Below are positions 37,197 to 45,230 of a stretch of DNA of 64,000 bases, one piece after another (the first letter of the stretch is position 1; each line of letters opens with the position of its first letter). The DNA lies in NCBI RefSeq assembly GCF_036917095.1, contig NZ_JBALFH010000002.1, positions 35,074-99,073 of the forward strand. The letters run 5' to 3'. The stretch comes from Nostoc sp. (GTDB lineage: Bacteria; Cyanobacteriota; Cyanobacteriia; Cyanobacteriales; Nostocaceae). A program made the translations under genes and the position numbers. The notes under the pieces are model-generated. The model ran no database searches. It was given only the letters and a program-made list of their open reading frames with translations, and was not told the origin of the DNA.

Positions 37197-37288
37197 CGGA
37201 GAGGGAGGGATTCGAACCCTCGGTACGGAGTTGCCTGCCGTACAACAGATTAGCAATCTGCCGCTTTCGACCACTCAGCCACCTCTCC
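37197..37288 (-). tRNA. trnS: tRNA-Ser(GCU), class II, canonical
   Basis: The reverse complement is GGAGAGGUGGCUGAGUGGUCGAAAGCGGCAGAUUGCUAAUCUG...GAGGGUUCGAAUCCCUCCCUCUCCG, with anticodon loop UUGCUAA, a long variable arm and a canonical T loop. Confidence 0.9.
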
Positions 37289-37330
37289 ATGACTCACGAA
37301 TATCAATGTTACCAGAGTTGCTCTTAAGAG

Positions 37331-37387
37331 TCAATAGTCATTTTTCATTGGTCATTGGTCATTAGTCATTAGTCATTAGTCATTGGT
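37331..37387. repeat. STRR2-type heptamer tandem repeat (TCATTGG/TCATTAG)
   Basis: tcattggtcattggtcattagtcattagtcattagtcattggt is read directly. Confidence 0.85.
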
Positions 37388-37429
37388 TATTTATAAAACT
37401 TTAAGGACTAAGGACAAATGACTAATTTT

Positions 37430-39785
<2,356 letters not shown>

Positions 39786-40146
39786 TTAACCCTAATGCCC
39801 TTCAATATTTCTTAACGGTTTAATCGTTCTCATTATACGTTGCAATCTGTTACATTTGGCAGTTATTGTGCGATCGCTTCCCCAAAAAACTTTTATCAAA
39901 GGGAATTTTACCTACACATAACTACCCAACAAAATTACTAATACCATTGTTGGCAATAGGTTATAGCGAGTATTTTATCTAGATTTAGGTGCAGCAAATT
40001 TAGCGAAACAAAAGTAATTCCTTTGACAGAAAATAGCTAATCTCAAAAGTAGTTGATTTCTTTGTGAATCCGTGTATCTAATCTGAGAAAATATCTAGGG
40101 TACTGATTATAGACTGCTATTAAACACCTCAGTTAGGTAAAAGATT

Positions 40147-41235
40147 ATGAGTGGATCGCAGGAGCTAAAACACTTTGGACATCACCTGATTTTAGGTATT
40201 TCCGGCACTACACTAAGCGATGACGATAAACGCGCACTCAGTGAATTAAAGCCGATTGGGGTGATATTTTTTGCTAAAAACTTTTTGGATGGCACTCCAT
40301 ATCAGGTTTGGTTAGAAAGCTTCAAGGATTTAAACGACCAGATACGAGAATATGCTGAACGTGATTCAATGTTTATGACTCTGGATCATGAAGGAGGTCG
40401 TGTAATTCGCACACCAATGCCAATTACGCGATTTCCTCATGCATTGTTGTTGCGATCGCACGCCTATGAAGTAGCAAAAGCCACAGCATTAGAACTAAAA
40501 TCACTGGGAATAAATTTATCATGGGCACCTGTAGCAGATATTTTTTCCCATCCCCACAACCCTGTGATTGGGCCTCGCGCCTTTGGTAACACTCCCGAAA
40601 CTGCTACTCAAGGTGCGCGTGATTATTACCTTGGACTTCGAGATTCAGGAATTTTGGGATGCGCCAAGCACTTCCCCGGACATGGAGACACCAGTAAAGA
40701 CTCTCACATTGAGCTACCAATACTGAATTTAACTCTAGAAGACCTGCGACTTCGAGAACTTATACCCTTTAAAACCTTAATCGAAGTACAGATTCCTTTG
40801 ATTATGACTGTCCATATCTTATTTCCCAAGATAGATCCTGATGTGCCAGGAACGCTTTCTCAGGCTATCCTCAAAACCATACTTAGAGAGGAACTTGGCT
40901 TTGAGGGAGTAGTTGTATCTGATGATTTGGATATGAAAGCGATCTCAGATATATTCATGAAAGCTGGTACTGTGGCGCGGTCATTTAATGCAGGCTGCGA
41001 TCTGTTTATTGTGTCGCGTAATATTAATTCATCATCTATTGAAAGAACTTATCGGATTGCTGAAGATTTCGTAGATTCCCTCAGTAACGGTAGCTTAGAT
41101 GAAGCAGTCGTAGAAGCAGCTAGAGAAAGAATTGAGAAACTATTGGCAGTAACACCGCAATATCCCGTAAGTGCTCTGGATAAAGATATACTATTGCAAC
41201 ATGCTGAACTAGCGATCGCTAGTTCCTATTCATAA
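40147..41235 (+). CDS. nagZ: Beta-N-acetylhexosaminidase (GH3, NagZ)
   Basis: 362 aa with KHFPGHGDTSKDSH and the GVVVSDDLDMKA motifs of GH3 NagZ. Confidence 0.88.
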   Translation: MSGSQELKHFGHHLILGISGTTLSDDDKRALSELKPIGVIFFAKNFLDGTPYQVWLESFKDLNDQIREYAERDSMFMTLDHEGGRVIRTPMPITRFPHALLLRSHAYEVAKATALELKSLGINLSWAPVADIFSHPHNPVIGPRAFGNTPETATQGARDYYLGLRDSGILGCAKHFPGHGDTSKDSHIELPILNLTLEDLRLRELIPFKTLIEVQIPLIMTVHILFPKIDPDVPGTLSQAILKTILREELGFEGVVVSDDLDMKAISDIFMKAGTVARSFNAGCDLFIVSRNINSSSIERTYRIAEDFVDSLSNGSLDEAVVEAARERIEKLLAVTPQYPVSALDKDILLQHAELAIASSYS

Positions 41236-41334
41236 CCCAAGTGCATTCAAGTTGCATATTAGCGATTGCCAAAAGGCTAACTAAGATTGCATTTCTTATT
41301 TTGAATTTTAAATTTTAAATTTTTAATTATTTAG

Positions 41335-41405
41335 TGGGTGGTATAGGGGTCGAACCTATTTCTGCGGGTTAAAAGCCCGCTGCACAGCCGGTATGCCAAC
41401 CACCC
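41335..41405 (-). tRNA. trnK: tRNA-Lys(UUU). Last gene of the array.
   Basis: Acceptor GGGUGGU/ACCACCC, anticodon arm GCGGG-CUUUUAA-CCCGC, T arm AUAGG-UUCGACC-CCUAU. No encoded CCA. Confidence 0.7.
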
Positions 41406-41464
41406 TAGTTAATTTGAAAAAAAAATGAGCAAGTGCAATTTGTAATACCAACATTAGATATAAA

Positions 41465-41536
41465 TCCACCAGGGAGGTACTGCCCCTCCTATTTCTGTGT
41501 TATCAGCACAGCGCCTCGCTTTTCGGCTTCAGGTGG
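41465..41536 (-). tRNA. tRNA-Ile(GAU)-like, atypical
   Basis: Anticodon arm CUGUG-CUGAUAA-CACAG. The T loop is GGCAGUA instead of UUCRANU. There is one U-U mismatch in the acceptor and a 3-bp D stem. Confidence 0.4.
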
Positions 41537-41542
41537 AAAAAG

Positions 41543-41625
41543 AGGAAGATGGAGGAATCGAACCCCTACAGTTGCCCGTACTCCAAGGTTCAAGCTTGGT
41601 TGCCGTCCATTCAGCAGCATCTTCC
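41543..41625 (-). tRNA. trnS: tRNA-Ser(UGA), class II (83 nt)
   Basis: Acceptor GGAAGAU/AUCUUCC, anticodon arm CCAAG-CUUGAAC-CUUGG, a long variable region and T loop UUCGAUU. Confidence 0.6.
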
Positions 41626-41632
41626 ATTCAGG

Positions 41633-41707
41633 GGTATCTGACGGGGCTTGAACCCGCTATGACTGGTTCCACAAACCAGCGCCTCGACCACTTTGGCTTC
41701 AGACACC
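41633..41707 (-). tRNA. trnH: tRNA-His(GUG) with encoded G-1
   Basis: G-1 opposite C73, acceptor GUGUCUG/CAGAUAC, anticodon arm CUGGU-UUGUGGA-ACCAG, T loop UUCAAGC. Confidence 0.75.
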
Positions 41708-41713
41708 AAAAGT

Positions 41714-41786
41714 GGATACTGGTCGGATTTGAACCGACATCTTTCTGCTTGCAAGGCAGACGCTTTCCCAGTTAAGCTACAGACCC
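41714..41786 (-). tRNA. tRNA-Ala(UGC)-like with a defective acceptor stem
   Basis: Anticodon arm UCUGC-CUUGCAA-GCAGA and T arm GUCGG-UUCAAAU-CCGAC. The acceptor GGGUCUG versus CAGUAUC has two mismatches and lacks the G3-U70 pair. Confidence 0.4.
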
Positions 41787-41793
41787 ATTAAAC

Positions 41794-41820
41794 CAATTCG
41801 CAATTCGCAATTCGCAATTA
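41794..41820. repeat. Heptamer tandem repeat (CAATTCG x3)
   Basis: caattcgcaattcgcaattcgcaatta is read directly. Confidence 0.8.
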
Positions 41821-41821
41821 C

Positions 41822-41890
41822 GTTTTGTGACGGGGATTTAAACCCCGACACAAAACACGCTGCTTCCATAAGCAGGGGACTTAAACCCCC
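41822..41890 (-). other. Two T-arm-like hairpins (possible tRNA remnants or minihelices)
   Basis: The minus strand reads GGGGG-UUUAAGU-CCCCU, then GUUUUGUG-U-CGGGG-UUUAAAU-CCCCG-U-CACAAAAC. The second is an acceptor-like helix stacked on a T-arm-like hairpin. Confidence 0.35.
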
Positions 41891-41982
41891 AAACTTTATT
41901 AAATAAGTTACCAGTTAACAGTTCGTTCGCGTTGGGGTAGCCTGCTGTTAGACATAGTGCAATCGTAATCTACAAACTCAGT

Positions 41983-42639
41983 TTATTTACTGCTATAAAG
42001 TTTTGCCCAATAACCTCTAGGAGGTTTCTCAATCTCATAAGCTTTACACCATTTTTCTACTGCCTTATCACTTACACCAAAATCTTGAGCTATGTGAGCA
42101 GTTGGTTTAGTCCATACTAGCTCGTGTAATTCTTCTTTAGATGGACGTTCAACCTTTCTAGACTTAGGTCTTGCCGAATAACGCCTTTTCATTTTTACTC
42201 GGCTTGCTTGACGTTGAAAATCTTTAATATTCCCGTTGAAAACGTTTGATTTAATTTCGAGAAAGTCCTCCCACCAATAAAAAGGAGAACTAATATTGGG
42301 TAGATCGGTTCTAATTATGATACCTCGGTAATCAAAACTGGGGTAAATAACCCGATCTTTATCTGGTAAGTAAATGGCGTAGTAATCAAAATCATCTTTC
42401 TGATACTGGCGTTTATGATTTCCATGCTTATCATTCCATGATGTATTAGCGAAAATTCGCCCAATGCTAGAATATTTAACCTGGATTTTCAGAAAGTTAT
42501 TTTCCTTCCATGCTACTAAATCAAATGGCAAGTGTTCGCAAATCAAAGGGGTGAAAATTACATAACCTTTAACAGTCAAATCAGCTATGGTTTTCGCTAC
42601 AGCTAGGTCTGCTTTTCCTTTTGTATGATGAGTGTTCAT
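41983..42639 (-). CDS. PD-(D/E)xK endonuclease of the group-I-intron-associated (I-Ssp6803I-like, PDDEXK_5) type with a C-terminal HTH-like tail
   Basis: 218 aa. The N-terminus TKGKADLAVAKTIADLTVKGYVIFTPLICEHLPFDLVAWKENNFLKIQVKYSS fits KG..aE..v...l...G..V..P......DLv......l.iQVK. The C-terminus is HIAQDFGVSDKAVEKWCKAYEIEKPPRGYW. Confidence 0.65.
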   Translation of the reverse strand: MNTHHTKGKADLAVAKTIADLTVKGYVIFTPLICEHLPFDLVAWKENNFLKIQVKYSSIGRIFANTSWNDKHGNHKRQYQKDDFDYYAIYLPDKDRVIYPSFDYRGIIIRTDLPNISSPFYWWEDFLEIKSNVFNGNIKDFQRQASRVKMKRRYSARPKSRKVERPSKEELHELVWTKPTAHIAQDFGVSDKAVEKWCKAYEIEKPPRGYWAKLYSSK

Positions 42640-42641
42640 GA

Positions 42642-42690
42642 ATTGAACCTAAATAATAAGAACAAATTTATCATTATTTAGGTTCAATTA
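42642..42690. repeat. Perfect 15-bp inverted repeat immediately upstream of the endonuclease ATG
   Basis: ttgaacctaaataat ... attatttaggttcaa with a 15-nt loop. Confidence 0.75.
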
Positions 42691-42700
42691 TGCCCACCCA

Positions 42701-42744
42701 CTGAGTATGGCGTACTCAGATGCTACCGATTACATCACACCCGC
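42701..42744 (-). pseudogene. Truncated tRNA-Gly-like 5' part: acceptor, D arm and anticodon arm with GCC
   Basis: GCGGGUGUGAUGUAAUCGGUAGCAUCUGAGUACGCCAUACUCAG shares its first 15 nt with the adjacent tRNA-Gly(UCC). No T arm or 3' acceptor strand follows. Confidence 0.5.
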
Positions 42745-42753
42745 AATGTTCAG

Positions 42754-42824
42754 AGCGGACGGCGAGATTTGAACTCGCACGAAGACGGTGGAAACGTCTC
42801 ATGCTGCCGTTACATCACACCCGT
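42754..42824 (-). tRNA. trnG: tRNA-Gly(UCC)
   Basis: Anticodon arm AGACG-UUUCCAC-CGUCU and T arm GCGAG-UUCAAAU-CUCGC. The acceptor ACGGGUG/CGUCCGC has an A1-C72 mismatch and two G-U pairs. Confidence 0.65.
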
Positions 42825-42828
42825 ATCA

Positions 42829-42901
42829 AGCTGGTAACAGGAATTGAACCTGCAACCTACTGATTACAAGTCAGTTGCTCTGCCAATTGAGCTACACCAG
42901 C
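42829..42901 (-). tRNA. trnT: tRNA-Thr(UGU)
   Basis: GCUGGUGUAGCUCAAUUGGCAGAGCA-ACUGA-CUUGUAA-UCAGU...GCAGGUUCAAUUCCUGU-UACCAGC-U. Confidence 0.8.
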
Positions 42902-42909
42902 ACTAATTT

Positions 42910-42987
42910 TGGTGACGGGGGCAGGAGTCGAACCTGCCGATATTCAGGTTATGCAGCCCCACGAGCCACCGTTGCTCTATCCCCGCA
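42910..42987 (-). tRNA. Aberrant tRNA (Met/fMet-like CAU or Cys GCA) with an apparent 8-nt anticodon loop. CCA is encoded.
   Basis: The loop is CUGCAUAA between poorly paired UGGGG/CCUGA. There is a mismatch at acceptor position 1-72, the T arm is GCAGG-UUCGACU-CCUGC, and the 3' end is ACCA. Confidence 0.4.
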
Positions 42988-42997
42988 TATTCACCAA

Positions 42998-43070
42998 TAC
43001 CCCTGACTGGATTTGAACCAGCAACCTCTTCGTTCTAGGCGAAGCGCCTCTTCCGTTGGGCTACAAGGGC
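42998..43070 (-). tRNA. Class I (short variable arm) tRNA with the Leu anticodon UAG
   Basis: GCCCUUGUAGCCCAACGGAAGAGGCG-CUUCG-CCUAGAA-CGAAG-AGGUU-GCUGGUUCAAAUCCAGU-CAGGGGU-A. It has C33, G1-U72 and A73. Confidence 0.55.
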
Positions 43071-43073
43071 AAA

Positions 43074-43148
43074 GTCTGAGTGGCAGGGATTGAACCTGCG
43101 ACCTGGAGTTCCCAAAACTCCCGCGCTCCCAACTGGGCTACACTCAGA
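43074..43148 (-). tRNA. trnP: tRNA-Pro(UGG), copy 1
   Basis: Acceptor UCUGAGU/ACUCAGA, anticodon arm GGAGU-UUUGGGA-ACUCC, T loop UUCAAUC. Confidence 0.7.
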
Positions 43149-43153
43149 TATTT

Positions 43154-43229
<76 letters not shown>

Positions 43230-43233
43230 TTAG

Positions 43234-43307
43234 TACCCCTGACAGGATTTGAACCTGCAAAATCTGGACTCTGATTCCAGCACGTATGCCAGTTCCGTCA
43301 CAGGGGC
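43234..43307 (-). tRNA. Class I tRNA with the Leu anticodon CAG
   Basis: GCCCCUGUGACGGAACUGGCAUACGUG-CUGGA-AUCAGAG-UCCAG-AUUUU-GCAGGUUCAAAUCCUGU-CAGGGGU-A. Confidence 0.6.
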
Positions 43308-43310
43308 ATA

Positions 43311-43383
43311 TCGGGATGGCAGGATTTGAACCTGCGACTCCATGCTCCCAAAGCATGGCTTCTGGCCGCTGAATTACATCCCG
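43311..43383 (-). tRNA. trnP: tRNA-Pro(UGG), copy 2
   Basis: CGGGAUGUAAUUCAGCGGCCAGAAGC-CAUGC-UUUGGGA-GCAUG...GCAGGUUCAAAUCCUGC-CAUCCCG-A. Confidence 0.8.
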
Positions 43384-43384
43384 T

Positions 43385-43462
43385 TGGTACTCCTGGTGGG
43401 AGTCGAACCCACAACCAAACAGATTTTAAGTCTGTCACCTCTTCCAATTGGGCTACAGGAGC
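43385..43462 (-). tRNA. Class I tRNA with the Leu anticodon UAA. CCA is encoded.
   Basis: GCUCCUGUAGCCCAAUUGGAAGAGGUG-ACAGA-CUUAAAA-UCUGU-UUGGUU-GUGGGUUCGACUCCCAC-CAGGAGU-ACCA. Confidence 0.6.
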
Positions 43463-43468
43463 AAATTT

Positions 43469-43545
43469 TGGTGCTCTTGGTGGGAATCGAACCCACAACA
43501 TACCGTTTTTGAGACGGCAGCCTCTTCCAGTTGGGCTACAAGAGC
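43469..43545 (-). tRNA. Class I tRNA with the Leu anticodon CAA. CCA is encoded.
   Basis: GCUCUUGUAGCCCAACUGGAAGAGGCU-GCCGU-CUCAAAA-ACGGU-AUGUU-GUGGGUUCGAUUCCCAC-CAAGAGC-ACCA. Confidence 0.65.
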
Positions 43546-43550
43546 AAGTT

Positions 43551-43626
43551 TGGCAGCCCCGCCAGGACTCGAACCTGGAATCTTCGCCTTCAAAGGGCGC
43601 TATGTTGCCAATTACACCACAGGGCT
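43551..43626 (-). tRNA. trnQ: tRNA-Gln(UUG). CCA is encoded.
   Basis: Acceptor AGCCCUG/CGGGGCU, anticodon loop CUUUGAA, T arm CCAGG-UUCGAGU-CCUGG, G73-CCA. Confidence 0.75.
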
Positions 43627-43629
43627 TTA

Positions 43630-43702
43630 TTGCCAGGGCAGGGTTTGAACCTGCAACCTCATCGTTCAGAGCGATGCGACTTACCAATTCGTCCACCCGG
43701 CA
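43630..43702 (-). tRNA. trnQ: tRNA-Gln(CUG)
   Basis: Acceptor UGCCGGG/CCUGGCA, anticodon arm CAUCG-CUCUGAA-CGAUG, T loop UUCAAAC. Confidence 0.75.
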
Positions 43703-43707
43703 ATGAT

Positions 43708-43782
43708 TGGCTGCCTCAGTAGGACTCGAACCTACAACCGCGCGGTTAACAGCCGCTTGCTCTACCGTTGAGCTATGAGGCA
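43708..43782 (-). tRNA. trnN: tRNA-Asn(GUU). CCA is encoded.
   Basis: UGCCUCAUAGCUCAACGGUAGAGCA-AGCGG-CUGUUAA-CCGCG...GUAGGUUCGAGUCCUAC-UGAGGCA-GCCA. Confidence 0.8.
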
Positions 43783-43788
43783 ACGAAG

Positions 43789-43863
43789 CCCCCCAGGTCG
43801 GAATCGAACCGACGACCTCCTGTTCTTCAGACAGGCGCTAACTACCAACTGAGCTACCGGGGG
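43789..43863 (-). tRNA. trnF: tRNA-Phe(GAA)
   Basis: Acceptor CCCCCGG/CUGGGGG, anticodon arm CCUGU-CUGAAGA-ACAGG, T arm GUCGG-UUCGAUU-CCGAC. Confidence 0.7.
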
Positions 43864-43870
43864 ATAAGGA

Positions 43871-43937
43871 GGAGAGATAGGTTTTACCCAGTGGACTGGT
43901 TTAATTCAACTCGAATTAGCCACTCCATCATCTCTCC
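43871..43937 (-). other. 67-nt tRNA-Ser-like remnant or structured spacer without a T arm
   Basis: GGAGAGAUGAUGGAGUGG...CCUAUCUCUCC has a perfect 7-bp terminal helix GGAGAGA/UCUCUCC and a Ser-like 5' end. The interior folds as a hairpin (UAAUUC-GAGUU-GAAUUA), not a cloverleaf. Confidence 0.35.
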
Positions 43938-43944
43938 CATGTAA

Positions 43945-44019
43945 CGAGAGTGGAGGGATTTGAACCCTCACGTCTTCAGTTTCGTAGACTGAGATGTTAT
44001 CCAGTTACACCACACTCTC
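43945..44019 (-). tRNA. trnR: tRNA-Arg(ACG)
   Basis: Acceptor GAGAGUG/CACUCUC, anticodon arm UCAGU-CUACGAA-ACUGA, T arm GAGGG-UUCAAAU-CCCUC. Confidence 0.75.
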
Positions 44020-44023
44020 AAAA

Positions 44024-44113
44024 CGGAGAGAACAGGATTTGAACCTGCGACGGATATTAACTACCCGTTTCCTCTTAGCAGGAGGACGCTTTCAGCCACT
44101 CAGCCACCTCTCC
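44024..44113 (-). tRNA. trnS: tRNA-Ser(GCU), class II. Array copy.
   Basis: GGAGAGGUGGCUGAGUGGCUGAAAGCG-UCCUC-CUGCUAA-GAGGA, a long variable arm, then GCAGGUUCAAAUCCUGU-UCUCUCC-G. Confidence 0.8.
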
Positions 44114-44117
44114 ATAG

Positions 44118-44200
44118 TGGGTCGAGCAGGATTTGAACCTGCGTGCAAAAAAGAACAGTTTTACAGACTGTCGCCTTCAGCCAGACTCGGCCACCGACCC
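44118..44200 (-). tRNA. trnY: tRNA-Tyr(GUA), class II
   Basis: GGGUCGGUGGCCGAGUCUGGCUGAAGGCG-ACAGU-CUGUAAA-ACUGU, a 12-nt variable region, then GCAGGUUCAAAUCCUGC-UCGACCC-A. Confidence 0.7.
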
Positions 44201-44207
44201 ATAATCA

Positions 44208-44279
44208 TTCCCTCGACGAGAATTGAACTCGCATCTGTGCTTTGAAAGAACACTGACTTAACCATTAGTCCACGAGGGC
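44208..44279 (-). tRNA. trnE: tRNA-Glu(UUC). Array copy.
   Basis: Anticodon arm GUGUU-CUUUCAA-AGCAC and T arm GCGAG-UUCAAUU-CUCGU. The acceptor GCCCUCG/CGAGGGA has a G1-A72 mismatch. Confidence 0.65.
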
Positions 44280-44341
44280 ATAATTTACCGAATTTTAGAT
44301 TTTGGATTAAATTTATTAATCTAAAATCTAAAATTGTCTGA

Positions 44342-44413
44342 CACAGGGACTAGGATTTGAACCTAGAACATCGGATTTGGAGTCACGAGGTGTTACCGTT
44401 ACACCATCCCTGC
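44342..44413 (-). tRNA. tRNA-Trp(CCA)-like with a disrupted anticodon stem (possible pseudogene)
   Basis: The loop CUCCAAA is typical of tRNA-Trp, but the flanks CGUGA/UCCGA give only 2 to 3 base pairs. The acceptor GCAGGGA/UCCCUGU and T arm CUAGG-UUCAAAU-CCUAG are intact. Confidence 0.4.
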
Positions 44414-44416
44414 ATT

Positions 44417-44493
44417 TGGTGGCAGCGGCGGGATTTGCACCCGCATATACCAGGGTATGAACCTGGGGCTTTGCTGATTAAGCTACGCTGCGA
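44417..44493 (-). tRNA. trnM: tRNA-Met(CAU) with a 1-72 mismatch. CCA is encoded.
   Basis: Anticodon arm CCAGG-UUCAUAC-CCUGG and T loop UGCAAAU. The acceptor CGCAGCG/CGCUGCC has C1-C72 unpaired, which is initiator-like. The 3' end is ACCA. Confidence 0.6.
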
Positions 44494-44496
44494 CAG

Positions 44497-44570
44497 AGGT
44501 CAGGGCGGGATTTGAACCCGCGCTAATCGGTTTTGCAGACCAACGCCTTCAACCACTTGGCTACCTGACC
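44497..44570 (-). tRNA. trnC: tRNA-Cys(GCA)
   Basis: Acceptor GGUCAGG/CCUGACC, anticodon arm UUGGU-CUGCAAA-ACCGA, U73 discriminator. Confidence 0.8.
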
Positions 44571-44573
44571 ATT

Positions 44574-44650
44574 TGGGAGTCCCGACGAGATTTGCACTCG
44601 CAATCTTCAGTTTGAGAAACTGACGGCTTAAACTATTCGCCTACAGGACT
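44574..44650 (-). tRNA. trnE: tRNA-Glu(CUC). CCA is encoded.
   Basis: Acceptor AGUCCUG/CGGGACU, anticodon arm UCAGU-UUCUCAA-ACUGA, T loop UGCAAAU, C73-CCA. Confidence 0.65.
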
Positions 44651-44654
44651 ACAA

Positions 44655-44728
44655 CCAGGGTGACGGGACTTGAACCCGCAACATTTCCGCAGACAACGGA
44701 ACGCTCTAGCCAGTTGAGCTACACCCCG
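44655..44728 (-). tRNA. trnD: tRNA-Asp(GUC). First gene of the array.
   Basis: Acceptor CGGGGUG/CACCCUG, anticodon arm UUCCG-UUGUCUG-CGGAA, T arm GCGGG-UUCAAGU-CCCGU, G73. Confidence 0.75.
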
Positions 44729-44738
44729 ATTTTTGGGA

Positions 44739-44778
44739 ATCTGTGCCTAAACTTTTAGGTTTTTAGGCACAGATTTTG
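44739..44778. repeat. Perfect 14-bp palindrome at the upstream edge of the tRNA array
   Basis: aatctgtgcctaaa cttttaggtttt tttaggcacagatt, 11 nt from the 5' end of the first tRNA. Confidence 0.7.
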
Positions 44779-45230
44779 TTGGTGAACTTGCCCATTTCTT
44801 ATTTAGTTTTCAAGGTTCAGAAAATTTACTGTTAGAAACTGTTAGGAAAACAACCAACACTCTAGGTAGCAAGCCTGTTATGTATTACGGATGTATTCAG
44901 TGGTTTTGATGAGTGCAAACTTAGAACTTTTTTCGTTTATTGCCTCTACTGCCGATGGTTTACAAGTAGAAACAGCTTTGTTGACTGGGGACTTTGGTTT
45001 ATTCCAACGCCTGTCCTTTAGTTGGATGTAGAACATAAATTTGACTCTTGAGAAGCTTTGTCTTTCGCCTCACTACAAATATACTACAAAATACTACAAG
45101 AGGTGTCAAGGGGTTTTAGAAAGTTTTTTTGAAATTGTCTAGAAAAGCTTCTGCGCTTAGATTTGACCTTGCTAAACCCTCTGAAAACTAAAACTACAGC
45201 TTATGATTGGTTGATCTTTAAAAGCCTGAC

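Noticed and set aside
37108-37290. 60-aa ORF on the minus strand
   Set aside because: It coincides with the canonical tRNA-Ser(GCU) gene at 37197-37288.
41787-42700. Idea that the endonuclease ORF sits inside a group I intron splitting a tRNA gene
   Set aside because: The upstream tRNA-Gly-like fragment has a closed anticodon hairpin, and its terminal U pairs with A rather than the G expected at a group I 5' splice site. I could not find a matching 3' exon (T arm plus complementary acceptor strand) downstream of the ORF. The idea remains testable with an intron covariance model.
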